A stretch of 62,287 nucleotides of DNA. It comes from Bigelowiella natans CCMP2755. Lineage: Eukaryota; Protista; Cercozoa. The stretch is taken from NCBI GenBank assembly GCA_000320545.1, contig ADNK01000465.1, positions 1-62,287 of the forward strand, written 5' to 3'. Shown here one piece after another: positions 32,640 to 42,241 of the stretch (position 1 is its first letter; each line of letters opens with the position of its first letter). A model generated the notes under the pieces. That model was not told where the DNA came from. It was given only the letters and a program-made list of their open reading frames with translations, and made no database searches. Both the position numbers and the translations under genes were made by a program.

Positions 32640-34600
32640 ATCAATTCATTCATGCAATGGACCACATCGTCGATGGAATCACGGTGGCGCTAGCTTCCAG
32701 CTTCATTCATTCGTGTTTCGTACGTCCGTCCGTCCACTCACCTCTGGACCCGCTAGCCCGTTCGTCAGTGGCGATCCAGCTGCACCATTTGAACTGCTTC
32801 GTTCATTCACTCAAGGGCACGTTCCAGCGTTCCTGAACCGTGTGTGTGTGTGTGGTTTCTGAACGAAAAAGGCAAGATGACCAGGTCTAGCGGTGGGCCG
32901 GGCTAGCGGGCTAGCTAGCTAGCTCTGGAGCTAGCGGCACCTCGCTCTGCCCCGACACCGCCCGTCCCAATTGGTGCAAACGATGACGATTGTGATGTTC
33001 CTGCACGGTGAAGGTGCAGGAAAGTGTGTTAGGCGTCGCTGAGAGGCACAAGAGTGGATGATGTCGCAACAAGCAGCAGTGCCACATTGCTAGATTGGCA
33101 CGACGGCGCACGCCAGCACGACCTGCGAGCGAAGCAAGCCAGCAAGGCCGCTCCAATTGAAGCAAGCGCTGGCTAGCTGGATGTGCCTGTTCTCGGCAAC
33201 CTGGCAACACGCAACGAAGCCCAGAAGGGTGCACACAACTTCTGAGAAAAGTGGCCATCAGAAGAGACACAACCAGCCACCACCACCAGCAGCAGTCTAG
33301 CAGTGGTGGTGGTGGGCAGGGCTCTTCTTTCATCTTTGGTTGGTGTTGCCATCTAGCTGGTGTTGCAGGAGGTGACATGGACAAGGATGACTGCTAGATC
33401 ACTAGATGACGCGATCGATGGCAGAGCTAGCAGCTAGAGAGATGAAGGCGACACTTGACAATGTTGATTTGATGACGTCCAGACGGCGCCCCTGCTCGGA
33501 TGATCCAGCTAGCAAGCCCTGTTTGTCTCCGTGACAGTCACAGCAGTGTCACATCGTTCAAAGCGCATGATGCTTGCAAGACGGATGCAATTGATGTCAA
33601 TCAAATTTGTTCAATGGTCATCCTTGTGTGGCCATGCTGGCATGCAATGCAGCGGCCACAGCGCCAATGTTCGCATGAATCTGTTGGTTTTCGTGCACAG
33701 CAAAAAACTAGAAAAGGAGGTCACACGACTAGCTTGCTAGCACAGCTGGCTAGCTCGTGATCACATCGCCAAATCATTGTCGTTCATCATTGCTAGATTG
33801 GCAACACTGCCTAGATTGCTCACCCGTCTCTAGGTCTACTAGTCTAGCTAGCTAGCCCGTCCTAGCGTCCATGGCTAGCAGTCCTGCTGTGTGGTGGTGC
33901 TACCCACACATGCAAACCAAACTGATGTCGAAAGCATCGCTAGTCAATTCTCACATTCCTCTGGCGTTGCCAAGTTCTGCAATCAAAGGTTCCGATGAAT
34001 GCATGCAAGCACAGGATTCCACCTGTCCAGCTGCACCTCAATGCGAACTTGCAAGAAGGAGCAACTCGAAAACGCAGCATCTAGCTGATGTTAGCAATGC
34101 CGCGATCGAATGGATGAGATGATCATTTTTGTTGTTTCTTTGCCTTTCATTGTCTGCCAATCTGCTGAAGTCTTTCTACCCTCCTAGCCTCTGCGTGTGG
34201 CCATGTGCACAGCATGCATCGATTCGCAGCAAATCACATGCTGTGGTGTGCAGATCACGCGCAAGCGCCACGTCTAGACGTGTGTGCACGCGCGCGAGTC
34301 GCGATGTGCTGGCGCTTGCTAGCTTGACTGTCTAACTGTGGCACCAGTTCAGAAATGTGCATCGCACATCGCTAGATCGCTAGCAGCGCTAGAGCGCGCG
34401 CGTGCCGTGAATCGAAGTCTGATCTAACAATCTAGTGGACAAGTGTGAGCTGCATGCTAGCATGCATGCGAGCAGTCTAGCAGTGCTAGAGTGGAAGTGC
34501 CGCTGTGGAACACTGCGCTGCTAGAATGCCAGAATGCCTCACTAACTAGCTCGATGCGTGCCAGTGTGTGACGCTGTTCCTGTGTTGTTCATGTGTGCGT
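32640..34600. other. TpA-depleted, CTAG-rich intergenic zone
   Basis: By eye roughly 40 CTAG against about 10 other TA in ~2 kb. CpG is retained. Confidence 0.8.
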
Positions 34601-34967
34601 GTGTGTTGTGCATACCGCACGCTAAGACGAGTTCGCACTGCACAGCACAGTGACCATCCCTTCATGCCTAGACCTAGTTACTCGGCAATACGCTAAAAAG
34701 GCTAGCGCGATGCCAGAAATTGACATGCAGCAAAACTAACCAAAGTAGGCGTACATGAAGGTCAAAGTGCTGCGTGTGTTGTTCATATCTCACACTGAAA
34801 CGAATACAATTACATCTCTAGGAAAAGTTGCAATGCGTTATGTGCTGTTGTTGTTGTCAGTACGAACGAATGAACACTCTCAGCGTGTGGCGAGATCGAA
34901 TTGAGGCTAACTACAATGTTTCTCCTCAGATTTATATTTTCGTTCAGTGCCTATGGCTGCGCCAGTA

Positions 34968-35855
34968 TTACTTTCCACCTCCGCGACGAGGAGGTGGTGC
35001 CACTTTTTTCGAAGCGAAAACCTGAAGGAATTCGAAAATTGAGCGTTACACATTCAATATTTTGGTACCAAAACAATCGCGAAAATAAAGTTACTGGGCG
35101 CTTTGGGGCTCCACTTCCTCCAGTAGGAGCAGCCTTCTTTGCAGGAGCAGGAGCACTCTTAGCTCCGCCTCCGAAAAGCCCACCTCCAACTGAGGAACAG
35201 ATTATTTAAGAACCAGTACAGTGAATATCCTGTCTCAAGGTATGAACATGAGGGTGTGATAAAAACTATTATGCAATACCAGTTTTCTTGGGAGCAGCAA
35301 CAGTCTTTTTAGCAGGTGCAACTGGTAGAATCATACGTACCCCATAAGATAACTATGAAAGGGACTTAAAAATATGTTGTGATTAACTCCACGCACCAGT
35401 CTTCCTTGCAGGAGCAACAGTTTTCTTTGCAGGGGCAACAGTCTTTCTTGCAGGAGCGACGGTCTTCTTTGCAGGAGCAACAGTCTTCCTAGCAGGAGCA
35501 ACAGTTTTCCTGATTGGTTGATTACGAAATGAGACTCACGTTCGAATAAAATTAAATAAATATAATTTACTTAGGTGGAGCCACAGTCTTCTTAGCACCA
35601 CCAATCTGATTTTGGAATTTCAAAAAGGCAGCAAAATAAGTGAGACCAAGTGTTGTTTTGTCAATTGCAATGTACCGTTCGCTTTGGGACTGCAGCGCAT
35701 GCAGTTCGAGAAGGAACCGAGAATCGGGTCATAGGCGCACGAGGTCCAGCCATCATAAGATGGTGGTTACTGCTCGCAGCGCGAGAGGAAAAGTTGAGGC
35801 CAATGAAGGCAACGAGGCACACATTGAGAGCAAGGGAGAGGAGTAGGGCTCGCAT
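34968..35855 (-). CDS. Small basic [KR]KTVAPA-repeat protein with a signal-peptide + transit-like leader (~172 aa, 6 exons)
   Basis: Manual splicing over 5 GT-AG introns gives MRALLLSLALNVCLVAFIGL-NFSSRAASS...VPKRT-IGGA-KKTVAPP-(K/R)KTVAPA x6-KKTVAAP-KKTVGGGLFGGGAKSAPAPAKKAAPTGGSGAPKRP-VFASKKVAPPPRRGGGK*. The repeats show synonymous variation at third codon positions. Confidence 0.85.
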
Positions 35856-36525
35856 CGTGGGCAGCAGATCAGGTGTGAGCAGATAAATGCAGGGGTTACC
35901 TGTGGACAACCATATATTCTCCCTTAGCGACAGCCTAATTTTATTGTCGCACCCATGATAAATTTGGCATTACGTCACAGCACGGTACTGCACCTTCCTC
36001 TTTACTATACTCTTAGATCTAAGGAGGAACCCACTAGAGGTAGCATCAATTACCATGACTCAATGTACAAACATCCTCGATTTATGTTTAGATTTACCGG
36101 AGCATTTTTGGCACCCCCCCAGGCTCAGTGATTTGCTTCGAAGCGAAAAATGTGATCCAACACGGATTTGCGACAAGGATCTCTTGACGTATAAGGGGAA
36201 TTCACTAGTTACACAAGAGAAATCGTAGTGCTTGTGGTTTTGTTGTGCGACTTGCAAATCTTTGAGACACAGCCTGCAATGTCATGCGACTTTGGAAGAG
36301 CAAAAATTGGTCGGTTCAGTGTTCAATGGTTCCATCTTTCATGTTTCATGTTTCACGTTTCATGTTTCTACGTCTTGCAACGTTTTGGAAACTGGAAACG
36401 CAGTTCACATCACTAGACACACTCAGCTGCACCAGCCTGGCAGCCTAGCAGCGCATGTTCACACGCATAGCGTGTGTGATGTTCTCCAGTTCTGGGTCGC
36501 AGCACGGTCACATCGTGATGATGTC

Positions 36526-36851
36526 TGTTGCGCGTAAGGTGTTCACAGGCCGAGGCGCTACGTGCACAAGTAGGCAGGGGGGGGGAAAGGCACGTTTGCT
36601 TCCTTTTGAAGAGTTGTGTTTATTTTTATTAAAGATTATATTTTTATTAAATCGTGCACTGCGTAATCATTCGCGAAGCTTTCGCGAATGCCGCCGCACG
36701 TGGGGCAGCACACTTCCGGTGTGCTGCCATGAGTCCCGCCGGAACCCACGTGCCTATGCTGTATTAATATCTACGTTATCTATATTCTATATCCGCGACA
36801 ACCCCTTTGTTGTCGCACGTGACTTGTGCCCGCGTAGTGGTACGCGCTACA
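36526..36851 (-). repeat. 3' LTR of copy 2
   Basis: Appears identical to 41916-42241 and to the reverse complement of 4546-4871. Confidence 0.95.
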
Positions 36852-36902
36852 CCTCCCCCAAGTCACGTTGCTCCTTCCTTCCTTCCTTATTCCCTTAGAC
36901 CT

Positions 36903-39900
36903 TCATCGCTTTCGGAACTTCACCAACCACCAGGTAATAGATTCCTCTCTAACCTTATCTCCTTTGTCGCTTACCCAGAACTCACCTTCGTCCTTAGGTT
37001 CGTGTCCATACCAGCCCTCTGCATCAAGGTCCCCCAGGACCTTATACCAGTGCTCAAAGGGTAAGTCGGGAACAGCTAGGTAGAGTAGCTGATATTTTCC
37101 GTCCTTTATTTTCATAGCTACCCTCTCCATATTTCGTAATCCAGGGTAGCCTAGATAGACAATCTTCATGCGCCAATCGTCGTTCACCCTGACCTTATTG
37201 TTTCCATATTCCACATCGAACTTAGGTCGGGGTCCTAAACAAGGCATTGCTCGCTCCCACACAGTAGGGTTTACTTTAACATCCTCTAGGAGCTTCTCAC
37301 CGATATCATAATTCTTTAGGTGACTGATGTGGCGCAAGGTGACCCTGTTCCCATCATAGATGTAGTACTGCTTCCTCCCCTTCCTCTCGGTAACCTTTGC
37401 AACGCCACCCCAGAAGGGGTCTTGTTTATTTCTCGATCTCAGATTTACCTTGGCCCTAACATACTGTCCTTCCTTTAGAACTCGGCCATCGTACGGGACC
37501 TTCTCGTCTTCGCTCTCGGTATCGTCGTCGTTGTCGTCGCCTTCTTCCCTCTCCTTATCCTTGATACCTCCCCCAGACGTGAAGGTGTCGTTTACTAACC
37601 CTTGTATCTTGTCTGGTGTGGTGCTATTTATCCTGCTTAGGTTGGCCAAGGTGCGGTGGAGTCGCTCTACCTTGGAGTTGGACTGGGCATAGTATACAGG
37701 TGAGGCATCAATATTAGGGTGTGGTAGCTGTAGAAGAGAGGTCTCATTATCCACATGTAACTTCTTTGGTATCTTGTTTATGCTAACTTCATCAGGGATA
37801 GCCTGGAGCTCAGACTCCCAGGTACGGTAGCAGTTAGTAAGCCTCTGCTTATATAAGCCTTTGTTCTTCTTAGCAACGTTGACCTTGATAATCTTTTTAA
37901 CCCAGCACTTTCCAGTGGCCACATCAACGAAGGTAAGGTAGTGATAGCCATCGTACTTATAAACATCAATTTGCACGATATCTAAGAAGTTCCTTGCTTT
38001 GATTTTCTTAGATGCACGGCTCTTGCTGGACTCCTTGGTGGCGACGCCTGCCGCCTTCAAGCTGGAGCACCTGCAGCCACGCAGGTATGTCCTTATCTCT
38101 TTTAGCTTGTAGGGCCAGTAGTAATGGTAGAGTAGAGCAGTGATATGGTTTTCTCCTACGTGTGCAGGTCCATGGGCGGTAAAGAGAAGGGCTCCCCTGG
38201 TCCGCCGTGGCACGTAGGTACGCCTAACATTATTAGTGTATACATATATCCTATCACTAAGTACCTCATGCTTGTGTTTGTATTTATCCAGGTGTTCTTG
38301 AAGGTGCTGGAGCTCCTCTGGCTCAGGCAGGAAGTCGCCGTCCTCGAAGGTAATCGCGTTAACCATAGGGGTGACCTGGGTAGGGACTTTCTTTTCGAAC
38401 AGCCTGCTGAAATAGTCAGCAAGCTGCTTGTCTCCTGGTGCGTAGACCACTGTCCTCTTGTCCCTAAACTCTTCCGTGTCCGCCCTCATAGCTGCATACT
38501 CATCGTTAGGCGCTTCGAGCTTGCGGTCGATGCCTAGGAGGGGCTTGTGGTCAGTCATTAAGGTGAAGCTGGGCACCGACAGCAGGTAGTATCTTAGTTT
38601 CCTCTGCGCCTCAGTCATGGCTTTATACTCTCCTTTTGTAGGGCTGTACTTGGCCTCAGCTGCTGTGCAGGCCCTGCCCCACACCCGTATGATCTGCTGG
38701 TCTTGGGTAAGTACAGCAGCCATACCTAGCTTAGACCAGTCTGTCCATAGGGTAGCTGGTCTAGTAGTGTCTAGCTTAGCATTCAATAGGGTGTTGCTGC
38801 ATAACTTTATTAGGTTATCGAAGTGGGCATCAAGGCCAGCCTTGGCCCACACCTTAGCGAAGCTGAGGCCTACAGAGTTCTCCTTCCGGTAAGCAGTAGT
38901 AAAAGCAGCTGCAGTCCTAGCGTAGGTAGGGGAGAACCTACGTAGTATCCAAGCTGCAGTCTGCAAGAATGACTTTAACTCCTTTGCATTCTTAGGTTTA
39001 GGGGCTTGCTGTAGTGCTGCTACTTTCTCGGGGTTTGGGGTGATGCGGCCTTGCTCCAGGTAATATCCACACCACTTGATTCTTGTAGCTAGGAATGTAC
39101 ACTTCTGCAGTCTAATAGTAAAACCGAAGTGTGCAAACCTAATAAATATATTTTCCAGGAGGAAGATCTGAGCGACGACTGTGTTGGTACATATTATGTC
39201 ATCATCCACATACACAAACACAAACACCCACAACACAGACGCCATCCCATCATGTGTGTATGCCCTGTAGTTCTGACTACTGAACGCATCCCCTGATATG
39301 CTTAGGCCGTAAGGGAATACGACGAAGTGCCACTTCCTGTGCCTGCTGGAGAACGCGGTAATGGGGCGGGAGGTTTTGTGGATGGGTGTCTGCATGTATG
39401 ATTCATTTTTATCTAGGGAAGAGTAGTATTTGTATCCTATGACGTGTTCAATAACGTCATCTATCCTTGGTGTAGGTGTCTGGATCCTCTTTATTACTCG
39501 GTTGTGGCGGATGAAGTTGTGCGCCAGGCGGAAGAAAGGGTAAGTAGGTTTCTTAGCTAGCACATGTCTCACGTTCCATGGTGAGTTGCTTGGCTCTATC
39601 TTCCCTTCCTTTGCCCATTCATTGATCTGCCACTCTATCTTTTCCCAGTCCGCTTCCGGTCGCCTATGTTCTGGGTCATTGATGATGCACTCTTCGTATC
39701 CCTTCTTTAGCTCGATCTTTACTGGGGTAAGCTTGCTGGAGGGCTTCGTCGTCGGCTTGGTGATGTCAGAGTACTTCTCGTTTAATATTTTATTAATGTA
39801 CTTTTTGCCTTTGTCGATATCCCAATCATCAGCTGGGGGGGTCTTGTCCAGTAGCTCCGTTATCTGTCGGATGGTCTTGCCGGGGTTCTTCTTCCGTAGC

Positions 39901-41876
39901 TCGGTAGGTGTAGGTAGCTTGTTGTCCGCTAGGTCCATAAACTCTAACGCATTAACGCTTGACTCAGAGGTCCACTCGTCAAGCCGTATCATGTTCTGGC
40001 TGATGGTCCTGCCTGACTTCTTTGGCAACTTAGCAAAGTATATCTTGTGATTGTAGAATGATATGATCCCCCCTAATTTTTCTAGGGCATCCTGTCCGAG
40101 GAGTAGTTCCATGGATAAAGTCATGGCTACTCGGGTCTTGATTTGGGTCTCCGCGTCGCTGCCAGGTATCTGTAGCTTTAGCATTAGCTCACCGACGGTC
40201 TTCATGGAAGAGCTTCCGTCTGCTTGAGCATATTTACGTTCTTTCTTAGTCACTTGATCCAATAGTCCTAACCTTCTTACTGTGCTTAGGCTTATGAAGG
40301 ACTTCGGCATGCTGCCACTATCCCAAAGGGCAGGTAGTTTCTTGTAGTCTCCGTAGCTGTCTTTAACTTTAACCTTGGTCATAGCAACTTTGATAGTCCT
40401 GTTAGCGTCTTCGTCATTAATGTTGCATACTCCTAAGTTCTTTATGTCGTCTAGGGTCATGGGCTTGTCTTGGTCCTGCGTTGCTGGTACTGCTGTCTTC
40501 GTCGGCGCCTGCTTAAGGTGATCTAATATTCCGTTTATCTGCTGCTGTATAGCATTGATACTGTTCTGCTTTTTGTTCTTATATTTATTGTTCTTCCCGT
40601 TGTTGCTGCCTTGCCATTTGCTGTTGTTATATCCTTGTCCTCTGCCTTTCTTTCTCTTTAACTTCTCGTAGTGTTCGTTGAGCTGCCTGATCGTCATCCT
40701 GGGTCGTCCTTCTTTCCTGTCTCTGCAGTCTTTAGCGGTGTGTTTCCCTTTACGTGAGCAGTATCCGCAACGTCGGTTACCTTCCCTGTCCTTGTACCAG
40801 TCTCGCTGCGGCTTAATAGCGTTAATGTTTCCTATGCCAGGTACCTTAGGGCTGGTAAACTTGCGGTCCTGCTCCTGCTCGCGTAGGGATATAGCCTGCA
40901 CTGCTGCCTCCATCGTGGTGTAGCCTTTCTCCGTAACGTAAGTGGATTCCTTTATCTTTAACTTGAACTCTTCAAACCTTGCCTGATCATCACCTGTGTT
41001 GTAATTAAAATCATGTAGTTCGTCGATCATATCCTGGAAGCGCGTGGCAAAGTCTCTAACAGGTTCTCTCTCATGCTGCATCATTGCTCTGTATTTTCTA
41101 ATAGCCTGGGGTAGGGAGTTAGCATCCTGTTCATTTACAAAAGCCTTCATTATCGCCTCAACGTCTCGTAGCCCACTAACTGTAGTGTGTATTTTCTCTA
41201 GCTGCCTGATCCGGGTCCTGCCTGTCTCGTAAAGGTCCATGGCTTGCTTTATTATAGCTAGCCATTTGAGCTTGTCGTTTTCGGTGGGGTTAGGGGTAAA
41301 GTCGCAGAGTATACTCCTAGCGTTCTTCCACCACCTCCTTGCCTCACCTCTTTTCCCGTTGTATTTCGTTATCATAACCGGTGCTGTTTTAACAGACATG
41401 AACTGGGTGTTCCGCTGTACCGGCTGCTGCTGCTTGACGGTGCTCTGGGTCGTCCCCCGCGAGGCGCCCAGACCCCCGTCGTTCCTAAACAAAGCTGCCC
41501 ACTCTGGAGGTAAGTCTGCTTCGTAATCCATGATGTCCTGCATGATAGCTGCCCAAACATCATGTGTCTGATACTTGTATTCTATCGATACTTTCAGTTT
41601 GGCGTAGTTGCTCGCCCTGGGTCGCAAGGCTCGTAATGCCATTACGACCTTCTTGCTTTCGGCGGCCACGTCCTCGTCGTCCGCCTCGTAGAAGTTCTCC
41701 AGTGCCTCTGCTGCTGCATCTGCTTTCTTAATCCCGGGTGCTGGTCCCGGCGGTGCCTGTGGAGGTGTTCCTCCTCCTTCCTTAGCGTCCGTATCGCCCT
41801 TCCTTTCCTGTTTCTGCTCGTGCCCTTGCACGGCCTGCGAGCCAAAGTCCTGCTGTTCTTCTAGCTGCTGTGACAT
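36903..41876 (-). CDS. gag-pol polyprotein (1657 aa): gag/Zn knuckle, aspartic protease, RT, RNase H, integrase, C-terminal Dam-like domain
   Basis: Zn knuckle CGYCSRKGKHTAKDC; protease LWDSGS; RT SNSPWN, FPYGL, YVDD; RNase H TDWS, TDHKPL, ADYFSR; integrase HGPAH...CRC, IDV, VDNE, SNSKVERLHRTL. Confidence 0.96.
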   Translation of the reverse strand: MSQQLEEQQDFGSQAVQGHEQKQERKGDTDAKEGGGTPPQAPPGPAPGIKKADAAAEALENFYEADDEDVAAESKKVVMALRALRPRASNYAKLKVSIEYKYQTHDVWAAIMQDIMDYEADLPPEWAALFRNDGGLGASRGTTQSTVKQQQPVQRNTQFMSVKTAPVMITKYNGKRGEARRWWKNARSILCDFTPNPTENDKLKWLAIIKQAMDLYETGRTRIRQLEKIHTTVSGLRDVEAIMKAFVNEQDANSLPQAIRKYRAMMQHEREPVRDFATRFQDMIDELHDFNYNTGDDQARFEEFKLKIKESTYVTEKGYTTMEAAVQAISLREQEQDRKFTSPKVPGIGNINAIKPQRDWYKDREGNRRCGYCSRKGKHTAKDCRDRKEGRPRMTIRQLNEHYEKLKRKKGRGQGYNNSKWQGSNNGKNNKYKNKKQNSINAIQQQINGILDHLKQAPTKTAVPATQDQDKPMTLDDIKNLGVCNINDEDANRTIKVAMTKVKVKDSYGDYKKLPALWDSGSMPKSFISLSTVRRLGLLDQVTKKERKYAQADGSSSMKTVGELMLKLQIPGSDAETQIKTRVAMTLSMELLLGQDALEKLGGIISFYNHKIYFAKLPKKSGRTISQNMIRLDEWTSESSVNALEFMDLADNKLPTPTELRKKNPGKTIRQITELLDKTPPADDWDIDKGKKYINKILNEKYSDITKPTTKPSSKLTPVKIELKKGYEECIINDPEHRRPEADWEKIEWQINEWAKEGKIEPSNSPWNVRHVLAKKPTYPFFRLAHNFIRHNRVIKRIQTPTPRIDDVIEHVIGYKYYSSLDKNESYMQTPIHKTSRPITAFSSRHRKWHFVVFPYGLSISGDAFSSQNYRAYTHDGMASVLWVFVFVYVDDDIICTNTVVAQIFLLENIFIRFAHFGFTIRLQKCTFLATRIKWCGYYLEQGRITPNPEKVAALQQAPKPKNAKELKSFLQTAAWILRRFSPTYARTAAAFTTAYRKENSVGLSFAKVWAKAGLDAHFDNLIKLCSNTLLNAKLDTTRPATLWTDWSKLGMAAVLTQDQQIIRVWGRACTAAEAKYSPTKGEYKAMTEAQRKLRYYLLSVPSFTLMTDHKPLLGIDRKLEAPNDEYAAMRADTEEFRDKRTVVYAPGDKQLADYFSRLFEKKVPTQVTPMVNAITFEDGDFLPEPEELQHLQEHLDKYKHKHEVLSDRIYVYTNNVRRTYVPRRTRGALLFTAHGPAHVGENHITALLYHYYWPYKLKEIRTYLRGCRCSSLKAAGVATKESSKSRASKKIKARNFLDIVQIDVYKYDGYHYLTFVDVATGKCWVKKIIKVNVAKKNKGLYKQRLTNCYRTWESELQAIPDEVSINKIPKKLHVDNETSLLQLPHPNIDASPVYYAQSNSKVERLHRTLANLSRINSTTPDKIQGLVNDTFTSGGGIKDKEREEGDDNDDDTESEDEKVPYDGRVLKEGQYVRAKVNLRSRNKQDPFWGGVAKVTERKGRKQYYIYDGNRVTLRHISHLKNYDIGEKLLEDVKVNPTVWERAMPCLGPRPKFDVEYGNNKVRVNDDWRMKIVYLGYPGLRNMERVAMKIKDGKYQLLYLAVPDLPFEHWYKVLGDLDAEGWYGHEPKDEGEFWVSDKGDKVREESITWWLVKFRKR

Positions 41877-41892
41877 TGTTAGTCAAATCGTT

Positions 41893-41910
41893 TCCCGTGT
41901 GTGGAAGCCA
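41893..41910 (-). promoter_or_regulatory. Putative primer-binding site
   Basis: TGGCTTCCACACACGGGA begins 5 nt after the 5' LTR. TGG is complementary to a tRNA CCA end. Confidence 0.65.
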
Positions 41911-41915
41911 AAGGT

Positions 41916-42241
41916 TGTTGCGCGTAAGGTGTTCACAGGCCGAGGCGCTACGTGCACAAGTAGGCAGGGGGGGGGAAAGGCACGTTTGCTTCCTTTTGAA
42001 GAGTTGTGTTTATTTTTATTAAAGATTATATTTTTATTAAATCGTGCACTGCGTAATCATTCGCGAAGCTTTCGCGAATGCCGCCGCACGTGGGGCAGCA
42101 CACTTCCGGTGTGCTGCCATGAGTCCCGCCGGAACCCACGTGCCTATGCTGTATTAATATCTACGTTATCTATATTCTATATCCGCGACAACCCCTTTGT
42201 TGTCGCACGTGACTTGTGCCCGCGTAGTGGTACGCGCTACA
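41916..42241 (-). repeat. 5' LTR of copy 2
   Basis: 326 bp, TG...CA, direct repeat of 36526-36851. Confidence 0.95.

Larger units (their letters stand above)
36526..42241 (-). mobile_element. Complete Ty3/gypsy-type LTR retrotransposon, copy 2 (5716 bp), TSD TGTC
   Basis: Two 326-bp LTRs (36526-36851 and 41916-42241), TGTC on both flanks (36522-36525 and 42242-42245), an intact single gag-pol ORF, a PBS and a PPT. Confidence 0.98.

Noticed and set aside
32640-34600. Classical 5mCpG deamination or fungal-type RIP as the cause of the CATG/TGCA-rich texture
   Set aside because: CpG is still frequent (e.g. CACGCGCGCGAGTCGCG near 34290), and the depleted dinucleotide is TpA, which RIP would increase.
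35280-35610. 21-bp repeats as a CRISPR array or non-coding minisatellite
   Set aside because: There are no unique spacers, the variation is synonymous, and the units are split by GT-AG introns, so the repeat is protein-coding.
36521-36525. 5-bp TSD ATGTC for copy 2
   Set aside because: The A at 42241 belongs to the LTR terminus (TG...CA; also present at 36851), leaving the 4-bp TSD TGTC.
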